A DNA stretch of 64,000 nt from a virus: IMG/VR virus record IMGVR_UViG_3300043436_003696, positions 1-64,000 of that record; one strand, written 5' to 3'. A program made the position numbers and the translations under genes. Below the pieces are notes generated by a model that did no database searches, was not told where the DNA came from, and saw only the letters and a list, made by a program, of their open reading frames with translations. Within the stretch, counting starts at the first letter, position 1; each line of letters begins with the position of its first letter. This document shows positions 38,329 to 48,127 of the stretch, one piece after another.

Positions 38329-39396
38329 TTAAAATGGTAACTCTAGTCCTTTTTTTAATTCTTTTGTTATTTCTACAGCTTCTTGAAAACCACATATTTT
38401 AGCTACATCTGTAATATCTTTAGGCATATTAGATGGATTACAATAAAAAGGAACTCCTAAATTATTAGATTGTGAGTTCATAGCTTCAATACCTGCTTTA
38501 TCATTATTATAATAAAGTACTACGTTTTCATATTTAGATTTAAAAAATTCTATTTTTTCATCAGAAACAGGAGTTGTTTCACTCATAGATGCAACAGATT
38601 CGTAATCTAAATTATACAGTTTCTCTATTTTTTTTAATAGTTTTACATCTTTATAACTAGACGTTAATATAATAGTAGATTTATTATATTTTAATTTAGT
38701 TTCTCCTTGTAAAACAGTTGCATTATTATGTATAAAACGCAATTCACTTTTCTTTTTATCTGCTAAAGGACAATAAACTTTTTTATCTTTGTTAAATATA
38801 TAAACAAACCCTAAATCTTTAGGTGGGTAAAATTTATTACCGTTTAACCAGTAAGTTTTTATACTAAAAACATCATCTTCTAAATCTTCTAAATCTAAAT
38901 AATATTGTTTCCAATATTTTATATCTTGAATAGTAAAATCTCTTTTTTTAACAAGTAATTCTATTTCAGAAGATGTTTTAGCTAATTTTTTAATAGTTTC
39001 AATTGGTAATACATATTTAAAATCTTTATTTTCTTCAGCAGATAATAAGTTAAAATGGTGGGCAATTAAACATAAAGCGTCAAAATAAGTGCAATTATTT
39101 GCTATTTTTTGTACTAATCCTATACAATCATATCCTTTAGAATCTGCCCAATCTCTAAAATTAATCATCACACCTTCTCTTGGATAAGATACATTATTAA
39201 TATATACAGCAAAACTACATGTTGGATTATCATCATCTCTTAAAGGATTACAAAATAATTTACCATCTAGTAAATCTGCAATACTTATTTGTAAATATTT
39301 TTCAAACACTTGTTGTTGTGTTATTTTAGAAAATATAAATTCTTTTGTTATATTTGAAGCTCTAGGTTTTATCATATTAGAATAAAAAAAGGGCAA
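38329..39396 (-). CDS. dnaG: DNA primase (crAss-type DnaG; the true start may be a few codons downstream)
   Basis: NPLRDDDNPTCSF, FRDW, ILTSSYKD, YNNDKAG (Toprim), PKDITD. Confidence 0.82.
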   Translation of the reverse strand: MPFFYSNMIKPRASNITKEFIFSKITQQQVFEKYLQISIADLLDGKLFCNPLRDDDNPTCSFAVYINNVSYPREGVMINFRDWADSKGYDCIGLVQKIANNCTYFDALCLIAHHFNLLSAEENKDFKYVLPIETIKKLAKTSSEIELLVKKRDFTIQDIKYWKQYYLDLEDLEDDVFSIKTYWLNGNKFYPPKDLGFVYIFNKDKKVYCPLADKKKSELRFIHNNATVLQGETKLKYNKSTIILTSSYKDVKLLKKIEKLYNLDYESVASMSETTPVSDEKIEFFKSKYENVVLYYNNDKAGIEAMNSQSNNLGVPFYCNPSNMPKDITDVAKICGFQEAVEITKELKKGLELPF

Positions 39397-39412
39397 GTAT
39401 TAACTTGCCCTT
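39384..39412 (-). terminator. rho-independent terminator
   Basis: On the minus strand, AAGGGCAAGT-TAAT-ACTTGCCC followed by a T7 tract. Confidence 0.8.
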
Positions 39413-39421
39413 ATTGTTAAT

Positions 39422-40249
39422 CTACAAAAAAGCTGATTTTGTAGTTGGTTGTTCTGAATCTGGTGTGTCTACTTCAATTTTTGGATAAAATACTTTTAAT
39501 TCAAACCCTGTAAAAGGTGATTTAGTATCTCCATATTGTTCTTTAAATGCGTTTGCAAATAAAGTTTCTGGGCTTTTAGCAGTTGGTCTACTAAATGCTT
39601 TTCCATAAATTACTTGATAATGCTTACTATTTTTTTCAGTTACGTCTAAATAAACCGTAATTTCATTATTAGGATGTTGTTTTAAATAACCTCTTAATTC
39701 TGTAACATCTGCGTTCATAATTTTAGTAACATCAGCAAAATTACATTCATCATTAGTTGCTAAATTTAACCAATTTCTTACAAAAGAAAGCAACATTTCT
39801 TCTCCTATATAAGCATTATGATATGGCGGTTTAAAGAACCATTTCATTTTAGGGTTGCTTAAAATAGTTTCTTTTGTTCCCCAAGAACATTGACCTAAAG
39901 CATTAACTAATTGAGTTTTACCTGTTTGAGAAACTCTTTCTTTAGGAGCTACTAAAAATTCTATTCTAGTTTTAATAACAACATCTTTTAAAGAACTATC
40001 TTTTTCTTTAGCTTTTGTTGTAGCTTCTAAATGAAAAACTACTTTATTTTGTAAATTACCATCATTTTGTAAATCTAAATCTGTATATTGTGGTTCTTTT
40101 TCTATTTTACCTTCTTCTAATCCTAAAAGTTTTTCTAATTCTGATTTAGAAGGATTAATTGCTACTACTTTCATATTAGCCAATCCTGTAAATTGGTCTA
40201 TTGAATTTAAAACTACTTTGTCACTACTGTTTCCTGATATTCCACTCAT
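39422..40249 (-). CDS. putative single-stranded DNA-binding protein
   Basis: FTG...VVAINP..ELE N-terminus, acidic/aromatic C-terminus, position beside the primase. Confidence 0.5.
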   Translation of the reverse strand: MSGISGNSSDKVVLNSIDQFTGLANMKVVAINPSKSELEKLLGLEEGKIEKEPQYTDLDLQNDGNLQNKVVFHLEATTKAKEKDSSLKDVVIKTRIEFLVAPKERVSQTGKTQLVNALGQCSWGTKETILSNPKMKWFFKPPYHNAYIGEEMLLSFVRNWLNLATNDECNFADVTKIMNADVTELRGYLKQHPNNEITVYLDVTEKNSKHYQVIYGKAFSRPTAKSPETLFANAFKEQYGDTKSPFTGFELKVFYPKIEVDTPDSEQPTTKSAFL

Positions 40250-40287
40250 TTTTATGTTGTTTTATTATTATGTTAATTTTTAAAGAT

Positions 40288-40317
40288 AAAAAAAGGAGAT
40301 ATAAAATATCTCCTTTT
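40288..40317 (-). terminator. rho-independent terminator
   Basis: Inverted repeat AAAAGGAGATAT-AAA-ATATCTCCTTTT. Confidence 0.8.
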
Positions 40318-40339
40318 AAGGTTTTTGTTTTTACTATAA

Positions 40340-40882
40340 TTATTCAGCAGAATTACTCATTGCAGTTAATTCGTCTGTAGAAACTTCTGATTTACTTTCT
40401 CTAGGATTGTAAACTTTAGGTTGTACAGATGAAGGTATAATTTTTAAATACGAAACACCTTCGTTTTCACCAATTGATTCTAAATCAAAATACTGACTAC
40501 CTTCAAAAGTAATGTCAAGCATACCTACTTGTTCTAAGTATTTAACTAATACTGGAACGCTTACATTACGTGCTTTATCTTCACCACGTTTAGCAGTTCC
40601 TAAAAAGATTGCATTAGCAGCAGGTACTACAGCAATACCAGCAAAAGTTGGGTTTTCAGCATCATCTACAAATGGTACTGCACCTACTTCTTGAGAAGAT
40701 AATCCAAATTTAGCTAAAGCACCTTCAGTAAATGCAAATTGATTTACTTCTTGTGAACCTGATTTAGTATCTTTTGTGTAATGTGCAAAACGGAAAGCAA
40801 AATTTGATTCACGAGTTGCTCCTTTTGTAGATTTACGTACTGTACCTTTTGTTTCTGCTAATTTAAAGTTTGAAAAATTCAT
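40340..40882 (-). CDS. hypothetical protein with its own promoter and terminator
   Basis: 180-aa ORF bounded by a promoter and a terminator. Confidence 0.65.
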   Translation of the reverse strand: MNFSNFKLAETKGTVRKSTKGATRESNFAFRFAHYTKDTKSGSQEVNQFAFTEGALAKFGLSSQEVGAVPFVDDAENPTFAGIAVVPAANAIFLGTAKRGEDKARNVSVPVLVKYLEQVGMLDITFEGSQYFDLESIGENEGVSYLKIIPSSVQPKVYNPRESKSEVSTDELTAMSNSAE

Positions 40883-40925
40883 GTTGTTTTTTGTTTAATT
40901 GTTTAAAATGTTAAAATTTATGATT

Positions 40926-40956
40926 CAAATATACCTCTTTTAATTTAAATAGTCAA
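40926..40956 (-). promoter_or_regulatory. Bacteroidota sigma70-type promoter
   Basis: TTG-N20-TATATTTG (-33/-7 consensus). Confidence 0.6.
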
Positions 40957-41076
40957 GTTTTTTTTATTTTTTTTCTATACTTTTTAGTTCCTTTATAATT
41001 TGTTTTTATAATTACTGACAAGTGCTGCCAATATGACTTAACTATTTATAATTAAAATTAGTATGGTTTTGCTTAA

Positions 41077-41769
41077 TTATTGTTCATTCCAATCTTGAAT
41101 TATCTTATCTGTTATAAGTTGTAAATTGTTTGGAATAAACTCTGTTTCCCACATTCCCATAGGACTTCTTGCTGTATCGTTGGAAGATACTGTTCTTAAT
41201 TGGTATCTAGTAGGGTCTGTATTTTTTTTATCTTCGTCTACATGAGTATAATAAGTATGACTTAATGCACCTTCTATATTATATTTAGTAGCCATTTTAC
41301 CTAATACTTTAAGTCGTTGTCTTAAAATATCTCCTTTTACTTTATAATCTTCTATATGACCTAACATGTAGACAATTAAAGGTGTTTTAGCTGCTCCTGA
41401 AATAGCTTTTAAATTATCTTTAACTTCTTTATAACCAGTTAAAATAGCATAATTCTTTTTTTCTAAATTATACATTTTTCTAGCACCTACAAAAGTTAAA
41501 GGTTTTTTATCTATATTAAAATAAGCTGTTTCATCAGGATTTAAAAAACTTGCACCTACTGTTTTTCCACTACCCTCGTATCCAAGTACTTGAACAGGTA
41601 CTACATTAGGTAAAGATTTAATATAATTATATAAATCTAATAAATCTACACCAAAATCACGCCATTCATCGTAAGTTGCACCTCTATTTTTAGCTTCCAT
41701 TAAAGCTACATGTTGGTCATTCATAATTTGATTTATAGTATCAATAACTACATTTCTAAATTTACTCAT
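41077..41769 (-). CDS. AAA_24/Sak4-like P-loop ATPase with permuted motif order
   Basis: Walker A GYEGSGKT, Walker B VVIDT, MLGHIE, KVLGKM...IEG, TARSPMGMW...IPNNL. Confidence 0.78.
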   Translation of the reverse strand: MSKFRNVVIDTINQIMNDQHVALMEAKNRGATYDEWRDFGVDLLDLYNYIKSLPNVVPVQVLGYEGSGKTVGASFLNPDETAYFNIDKKPLTFVGARKMYNLEKKNYAILTGYKEVKDNLKAISGAAKTPLIVYMLGHIEDYKVKGDILRQRLKVLGKMATKYNIEGALSHTYYTHVDEDKKNTDPTRYQLRTVSSNDTARSPMGMWETEFIPNNLQLITDKIIQDWNEQ

Positions 41770-41991
41770 TTATTTTACCTCCTTAAAATTAAATTCATTT
41801 TTTGTTACACTAGAACCTATTTCAAATACACCTTCATAAACAATAAAAGAAGATTTATCTGTAAATGTAATTTGTATTTTTTTACGTGTTTTAAAACTAT
41901 CTAAAATGTTACCATCATTTTTATTATATTTTTCATGTGTATCATTTTCTATTTTTAAACAGTCTTCTATTTTAAGTATTAAATCATTCAT
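41770..41991 (-). CDS. hypothetical protein
   Basis: 73-aa ORF coupled to its neighbours. Confidence 0.5.
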   Translation of the reverse strand: MNDLILKIEDCLKIENDTHEKYNKNDGNILDSFKTRKKIQITFTDKSSFIVYEGVFEIGSSVTKNEFNFKEVK

Positions 41992-42956
41992 TTATTAGTT
42001 CATTAAACGGTTTACTAAAATCAGGTATTTTTTTATACCATTTTGGATTTTCTTTAAAATCTTCTGATTTTGGTATTTCTTCATAATACCCACATATACC
42101 TAAAAATCTAAATGCTATATAAACACCATCTCTACCACCTCTATTTTTAAGTACAAAAGCAGTTCTAAAACTATCTAATATATCATGACTTTGAGTTTTT
42201 AATTCATAGTCTAAATAATTAGTAATATTGTATCTTTTAGGGTGAAATAATGCTATAACTACATTAGCAGATTCTTGAGTATTACCAGAATCTTTAAAAT
42301 CTGTTAATTGAGGTCGTAACTCTTTAAATTTTTGTCTTTGTATGTCACCTAATTCTCTATTAAATTGACTAATAACTACAGGGCTACATCTATATTTATT
42401 TCTTAATTCTATTAAATGCTCGTCTAATTTATCTATATTAGCTTTTTTCTGTAGTTTTTGTTCCGCTTTTACTAACCCCACATGGTCTACAATTACAATA
42501 ACATATTCATTAATATTATTTGGTTTATAATATTTTATTTTTTTAGGTTTACCTTCAACTATTTTTTCGTATTCTACAAATTTACCGTTTTCATTACAAT
42601 AATTTTCTACTTGTTTTTTAATGCCTGTAGGATTAATAGGAATATCTTCAAATTGTATTTTATCAAACAATTCTTCAAAATATTTTTTGTAACTTAATAC
42701 TAATTTATAATTTTCTTCTGAAAGTTTATTTTTGTCATCGTCTTCATCTTTCATATCCATACCCAAAATGTGTTCTGGGTCTATTTCTATTTTATGGTCT
42801 TGAAAAATTCTATATGATACCCATTTAGCTAATTTACTTTCTAAATCAATTTCAAAAGAATAATAAAATACTTTTAAACTTTCTTTTCTATTATTTTTAA
42901 TTATTTCTTCATACGGATTTAATATAAACATTTCATCAGCTAAAGCAGTTTTACCA
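41984..42956 (-). CDS. replicative SF4 (DnaB-like) helicase, exon 2
   Basis: GKTALADEMF, YSFEI, VIVDHVGL, ISQFNR, DFKDSG, LKNRGG. Confidence 0.88.
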
Positions 42957-43021
42957 CATTTTATTATCTCATAAGTTCTTTATCTTATGATTCTACAGTT
43001 TCGTTATGTTATATCTGTAGT

Positions 43022-43984
43022 TTAGACTATCTCATCTATTGATTCATTATCAATAGCCGATATTTCGTGGATGAGTTGTATGTCTTTACTATCATCTAGT
43101 CGTTGAACCTCTATACTACTATTTAGACTTTGTATAGTTGGTAACTGATTGTCCTCTTCAGGAGTTTCCAGTTTTAAATCGGTTTTTCGGGGGCAAGTAA
43201 AACTATATCTACTTTTATATAATTTTTTTTTCGATGTTAATATTTGACTTATTGAAGGGCTTGGTAAATTAAAATATATAGAACATTCTTTTATAGAATT
43301 AAATATTAATTTTTCATTTGTTATTAAATCTGTAACTTCTACTATTTTATTTAATTTAGAAACGTCTTTAGGTTTATAAACAATTTTTGATATTATTTTT
43401 TCAGTATCATTACTTAATTTAAACTGATAACCTTTGTTTTGTTTATGTGTACCTAATAAAACCCTATCTATGCCAGACCTTGAAATATTAAGATTCTTAG
43501 AAGCTTCTTCTATAGATTTATAACTAATTATATAATTACCATCTTTATCATATACATCTACAGCTTTATTAACAGGATTTTCATAACCTAATTCATAATT
43601 TTTCTTTAATTTTTTAGAAATAGATTTTTTTATATCTTCTGTTATAATTTTATTTAATTCTCCTTCTCCTCTATCATCAGCGTTAGTTAAATTGTATTTA
43701 CCTTTATATTTATTTATTAAATTTCTTTCAAAAATATGTGATTCTTTCCAACCATCAACAGTTGTTAACAATTTTATTTTTGGTTCTTTTCCTTCTTTTA
43801 ATAAAGATTTTATCCAATTTACTTTATGACTGTATTTTTTATTAGGATAATATTTTTCAAAATATTTAGCTTTAGTTATATGTTCTATTAATCTATATTC
43901 TAATATTTCTTTTTTAGTTCTTCCTATGTAACGTATTTTACACTCATTGTAATCGTAAAGACAATATATTTTAATTTTTTCCAT
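43022..43984 (-). CDS. intron-encoded GIY-YIG homing endonuclease with NUMOD/HTH repeats
   Basis: KIYCL...RYIGRT...RL.EH, YKSIEEASKNL, FNSIKECS; likely start MEKIK at 43984. Confidence 0.88.
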   Translation of the reverse strand: MEKIKIYCLYDYNECKIRYIGRTKKEILEYRLIEHITKAKYFEKYYPNKKYSHKVNWIKSLLKEGKEPKIKLLTTVDGWKESHIFERNLINKYKGKYNLTNADDRGEGELNKIITEDIKKSISKKLKKNYELGYENPVNKAVDVYDKDGNYIISYKSIEEASKNLNISRSGIDRVLLGTHKQNKGYQFKLSNDTEKIISKIVYKPKDVSKLNKIVEVTDLITNEKLIFNSIKECSIYFNLPSPSISQILTSKKKLYKSRYSFTCPRKTDLKLETPEEDNQLPTIQSLNSSIEVQRLDDSKDIQLIHEISAIDNESIDEIV

Positions 43985-43988
43985 AAAA

Positions 43989-43996
43989 CAAATATA
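43989..43996 (-). promoter_or_regulatory. -7 promoter element (TATATTTG) 4 nt upstream of the GIY-YIG ATG
   Basis: Matches TAnnTTTG with the same spacing as in the other intron; the -33 match is weak. Confidence 0.45.
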
Positions 43997-44056
43997 CAAA
44001 ATATATATTGATTATTCAGCGCAGAAATAATAAATTTTTAAATTTATTAATATTTT

Positions 44057-44202
44057 ACCCCCGTTTCAGCACCTACTAAATAATATTTCTTTTTTTGTAA
44101 CCCTCTTAAATATTTATCTAATCTAGGAAAACCCATTGGTATACCAGCATTTAATCCTTTTCTACCATCATCAACGTATCTTATAAAATTGTCATATATC
44201 AT
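44057..44202 (-). CDS. replicative helicase, exon 1 (not in the ORF track); spliced product about 372 aa
   Basis: MIYDNFIRYVDDGRKGLNAGIPMGFPRLDKYLRGLQKKKYYLVGAETG(V). Confidence 0.88.
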
Positions 44203-44873
44203 ATTTGTGTTCCTACATCTTTGTCAGTTTCTTCTAAAGCTAACAGCTCTTCAATATCATTATAAAGTTTACTTTCTAAAGCTTTAACTAATCCAACAGG
44301 ATTTAAAACAGGTACACCACCTTTTTTTGTTTCTGTTAATCTTTTTACATGCTTAAACATTTCAACTATAAATTTATGTTTTAAAATATCTCCTTGTATA
44401 ATACTGTTGTAATATTCATAAAAAGGTTCTTTATCAAAAGGTATTCCTTTTAAATAAGTTCTACTTCCTTTAATTATCATCCAAGATGGATAAGCTTTTA
44501 AAACTTCTTCGGCAGCAATTTCAGGGTCTATATAAACTTTGTTTTTAAACAAAGGAGTTACAATAAGTAAATCTAATAAAACAACATCTTTTAATTTTTT
44601 ATATTCTTTTTTATAACCAGATTGTTTATTTATTACAATTTCTACAGTTTTTTCTATTTCATTATTATTACCGCAATCTTCAACATACCCTAAATTTTCT
44701 AGTTTTAAAATATCCATATAATCTATTCCATCATGTTTTTCTATATAGTTATAAAACAATTCTTTTTTATATTTAAAGTTTTGTTCTAAAAGCATTATAC
44801 ATATCCATGCTTGATTAGGCGTAATATTTAATTCTTTTAATATATTATTTGTTCTTTTAAAATCATAGAACAT
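44199..44873 (-). CDS. hypothetical replication-associated protein
   Basis: 224 aa, overlaps the helicase start. Confidence 0.55.
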   Translation of the reverse strand: MFYDFKRTNNILKELNITPNQAWICIMLLEQNFKYKKELFYNYIEKHDGIDYMDILKLENLGYVEDCGNNNEIEKTVEIVINKQSGYKKEYKKLKDVVLLDLLIVTPLFKNKVYIDPEIAAEEVLKAYPSWMIIKGSRTYLKGIPFDKEPFYEYYNSIIQGDILKHKFIVEMFKHVKRLTETKKGGVPVLNPVGLVKALESKLYNDIEELLALEETDKDVGTQI

Positions 44874-44894
44874 AAACCTCCTTATTTTATATTG

Positions 44895-46100
44895 TTATAA
44901 TTCAATTTCATTTATGGATTCAATCCATCTTACATTAGCAAAAGATTTTTGACTAGTTTTTAACCAACCTATTTCCATAGTATTTTTACAATAAAGACTT
45001 ACAAAAACAGCAAATTCTTTATTTTCTTCTTTTCTAATAACTCTACCTAATGTTTGAATCATTCCTCTTTCAGTAGAATCATAAGAAGCTCTAATACCAC
45101 ATTGTAACCCTTTTACGTCTAATCCTTCTTGTAAAGCTTTTACAGATAATATACAATTATATTTATCTGTTATTATACCTAATAAAGCAGCTTCTTTTTC
45201 TTTAGGTTTTAAATTAGAATGATATATTGTACTTTTATCAACAAGTTTTTTAGCTTCTTGGCAAAATTTAATTGTTTGTGAAAATACAATAGTTTTTTTG
45301 TTTACTAATTTTACTATATCTGCAATAATTTGTTTTTTGTTAAAAGCATTATAAACAATTGATTTTCTTTTGGATATTGCAGCAGTAGCTCTTACAGCTC
45401 TCATTGCAATATCTTGTTCGTTAAAATCATTTTCATTACAATAATTTAATCTTGCTTCTTTATTTTGTAATAATTCATAAAGTAGTTTTAAATCATTATT
45501 AAAATAAGGAAAGTGAGACTTGAAAATGTTATCTACTTTAATATATTCTTCTTCTTCTTGTGTAGTTAAATCAATAGCTAAATTATAAATTTTATATTGG
45601 CTAACCCAATTATTTTTTTTAGCTTCTTCAACAGTTATTTTACTAATAAGTTTAATGTCTTTAGATTCTAAAAATAATAATTGTTCAGTTGTAAATTTAG
45701 CTGATAAAATCCAACAATTAACAAAAGTACAAATATCTAAAACTAAACTAAACATTACTGCATCTTTATTTGATATTTTGTGACCTTCATCAATAAGTAA
45801 AAAATCACATACTCTTAATTCCATAACATAAGTATTTATAATAAATACTTTTATGTTATAATTAGGTAATTGTTCAAGTATTAACTTTTCCCATTGGTTT
45901 TTTAAAGCTTCAGTAGGTACAATAACATGAACAATTTTATTAATAGGTATACGTTTAATAGCTAAAAAAGCCATGTAAGTTTTTCCAAACCCAGTTGGAA
46001 ATTCACCTGCTACTCCTCTTGATACTCCACTAATAAAATGATTAATTACTTTATCTACTTCTATTGTTTGTCTTGCTAATCTATTCTCGTCTATTTGCAT
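44895..46100 (-). CDS. superfamily 2 DNA helicase
   Basis: PTGFGKT, IVPT, LIDEGH, LSA, EGLDV, QTLGRVIR. Confidence 0.88.
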   Translation of the reverse strand: MQIDENRLARQTIEVDKVINHFISGVSRGVAGEFPTGFGKTYMAFLAIKRIPINKIVHVIVPTEALKNQWEKLILEQLPNYNIKVFIINTYVMELRVCDFLLIDEGHKISNKDAVMFSLVLDICTFVNCWILSAKFTTEQLLFLESKDIKLISKITVEEAKKNNWVSQYKIYNLAIDLTTQEEEEYIKVDNIFKSHFPYFNNDLKLLYELLQNKEARLNYCNENDFNEQDIAMRAVRATAAISKRKSIVYNAFNKKQIIADIVKLVNKKTIVFSQTIKFCQEAKKLVDKSTIYHSNLKPKEKEAALLGIITDKYNCILSVKALQEGLDVKGLQCGIRASYDSTERGMIQTLGRVIRKEENKEFAVFVSLYCKNTMEIGWLKTSQKSFANVRWIESINEIEL

Positions 46101-46590
46101 GTTTTAATACTACACTATTTATTTTTGTATGTTTTTGTTTATTACCTATTAAAATATCAACATGTCTTAAAAATCTACTATTCATACAATCAGCAACAAT
46201 ATAATAACCATTATAATTACCAGCATTTTCTAATATTACAATTTCACCGTAATGAAATTCTTCTAATAAATCTCTACTTAATCCTATAAATTTTTGTGTA
46301 AATGGATTTTTTTTGTCAATTTTATATTGAGCTGAAGTTAAATTAGGAGTTTTATCTGTTTGTTTATCTGTTGCATTATAAGTAGTTACAGTTACTAAAT
46401 AAGATTCTTTTTCCATTGTATCTACAATAGAATAATATAAATCTTTCCATAAACTATCTTGTTCTCGATTTACTTTATTTACAGTATTTATTCTAACATT
46501 TGTTATATAATGTGTAGAAGCAGAAAGTATAAACAAAAAAAATGTTAAAAACCATAATTTATTAATTGTTTTTTTTTCTTCGTATATCAT
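46081..46590 (-). CDS. membrane-anchored 3D-domain (MltA-like) protein
   Basis: N-terminal TM; VTTYN...QTDKTP, IGLSRDL, VADCMNSRF...VDIL. Confidence 0.75.
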   Translation of the reverse strand: MIYEEKKTINKLWFLTFFLFILSASTHYITNVRINTVNKVNREQDSLWKDLYYSIVDTMEKESYLVTVTTYNATDKQTDKTPNLTSAQYKIDKKNPFTQKFIGLSRDLLEEFHYGEIVILENAGNYNGYYIVADCMNSRFLRHVDILIGNKQKHTKINSVVLKHANRRE

Positions 46591-46810
46591 ATCTATATTT
46601 ATTTATTTTGTTTGATAATTGAGTCACTAATATTTTTTCCATATTCATACCTAATTCTTCTTCTAATTTATATGCTACCGATATACTAATTTGTCTTGTT
46701 CCTAATAATATTTGATTTAAAGTTCCATATTCAACACATAATTTTTCAGCTAATTCTTGTCTTGTAAATTTAGCTATTTCCATTTTTTTAAGTATTTCAG
46801 TACTAATCAT
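46562..46810 (-). CDS. XRE-family helix-turn-helix protein
   Basis: TRQELAEKLCVEYGTLNQILLG.R.IS...A.KLE. Confidence 0.8.
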   Translation of the reverse strand: MISTEILKKMEIAKFTRQELAEKLCVEYGTLNQILLGTRQISISVAYKLEEELGMNMEKILVTQLSNKINKYRYDIRRKKNN

Positions 46811-47544
46811 ATTTTTATTATTCTATTATTGACAACATTTATATAATTTTTAAAAATATTTATTTCATCTTCTTTAATATTCAAAGATTTTAATTTAAGT
46901 TTTAACTCAGCTAATTTTGCTTCAGGAGTAAATTGATTTTTTAAATATTTTACTATTCTGTTAGCATCTATTATTCTTTTTGATATAACATTATAATCAA
47001 ATGTCATTTCTCCAATTCTTATTTCACAAGTTTTAAATTCAGATTGAAAATTAACCCACCCCCTAGAATTTAAAAAACATGCAGCAGATGATGATGAAGT
47101 ATCTTTAGCAGTACCCCATTTAATTAGTTCATTTATTATATAATCATTATGTTTGTAAATAAATTCTTTGTCAATAGAATCAAAAACATCAGTCATATCA
47201 ATGTGATAATGTATTCCACTACCTTCATTTAATGTAAAATAATCTGGTAATAAATTACATATTTCTTGTAAACAAATTAAACCATTTAATTTAGAAGGTA
47301 TTCTAAATCTAACTTCTCCATCTCCACCACTAACGTGCATTATATTCGGTATGTTTGAAAAAACTTCTTCTATTTTATTAGAATCATGTATTGAATTACA
47401 TTCTATTTCAAAACCTGTTGAATATGGTAACATATAATCTACAATTTTAAGTAGATTTTTATTTGTTAATTTTAATAAAGCTTGAGGATGATTATATACA
47501 GCATCCTCAAGCAATTTTATTATTTTAAACGTATCGTTCTCCAT
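46807..47544 (-). CDS. putative amidoligase (COOH-NH2 ligase type 2-like)
   Basis: TGFEIEC, EVRFR, SGIHYHID, TCEIR. Confidence 0.65.
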   Translation of the reverse strand: MENDTFKIIKLLEDAVYNHPQALLKLTNKNLLKIVDYMLPYSTGFEIECNSIHDSNKIEEVFSNIPNIMHVSGGDGEVRFRIPSKLNGLICLQEICNLLPDYFTLNEGSGIHYHIDMTDVFDSIDKEFIYKHNDYIINELIKWGTAKDTSSSSAACFLNSRGWVNFQSEFKTCEIRIGEMTFDYNVISKRIIDANRIVKYLKNQFTPEAKLAELKLKLKSLNIKEDEINIFKNYINVVNNRIIKI

Positions 47545-48127
47545 TCCAAGTTTTACCTGTTTTAGGATGTTTATAACCTACATATCTTAAATGTCTAGCT
47601 AATTCTGCTATTTGTTCTACTTCTTTTAAATCTTTTTTTTCAACAAGTTTTTCTGGTTTTAAAATTTCTTTTTCTTCTACACCAGCAGCTTTTTGTTGGT
47701 TAATTTCTTTTTTTAAAATCTTTTTAGTAGTTTTAATATTATTAGATTCTTTTTCTTTTTCTACTTTTTTTTGTTCTTCTACAGCAGAAATTTCAGATTC
47801 AATAGACAATCTTATTTTCATAGCAGCTATAGTAGTTTTATCTTTAAGTTTATTATATTTAGTAATTTTAGTTATAATAACTGCTATTTCATCTGATGTG
47901 CCTTTTTTAGTAAGTATTGTTTTACCTTTTTTTACATTTAAAGTAGATTTTTTACCTGCTTTAATTTCTTGGTACTTAATTTCTGTAGTTTCGGCTTTAA
48001 TTTCAGGTTCTTTATTAACTACTTTTTTAGCAGCAGTCTTTTTTGGAGCAGCTTTCTTAGCAGCAGCTTTTTTAGGAGCGGCTTTTTTAGTTACTTCTTT
48101 TTTTGCAGGTGTTTTTTTAGTTCCCAT
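47525..48127 (-). CDS. Lys/Ala-rich histone H1-like protein
   Basis: KKAAPKKAAAKKAAPKKTAAKK repeats; very basic. Confidence 0.6.
   Translation of the reverse strand: MGTKKTPAKKEVTKKAAPKKAAAKKAAPKKTAAKKVVNKEPEIKAETTEIKYQEIKAGKKSTLNVKKGKTILTKKGTSDEIAVIITKITKYNKLKDKTTIAAMKIRLSIESEISAVEEQKKVEKEKESNNIKTTKKILKKEINQQKAAGVEEKEILKPEKLVEKKDLKEVEQIAELARHLRYVGYKHPKTGKTWNGERYV

Larger units (their letters stand above)
42957..44056 (-). mobile_element. group I intron (1100 nt) in the helicase Walker A motif
   Basis: Splicing GGG GT|T GGT AAA ACT restores GAETGVGKT. 5' U and terminal G present. IGS UUUUACUUGCCCCCG (43188-43202). R element UUCAACGACUA and S element GAGAUAGUC. Confidence 0.92.
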
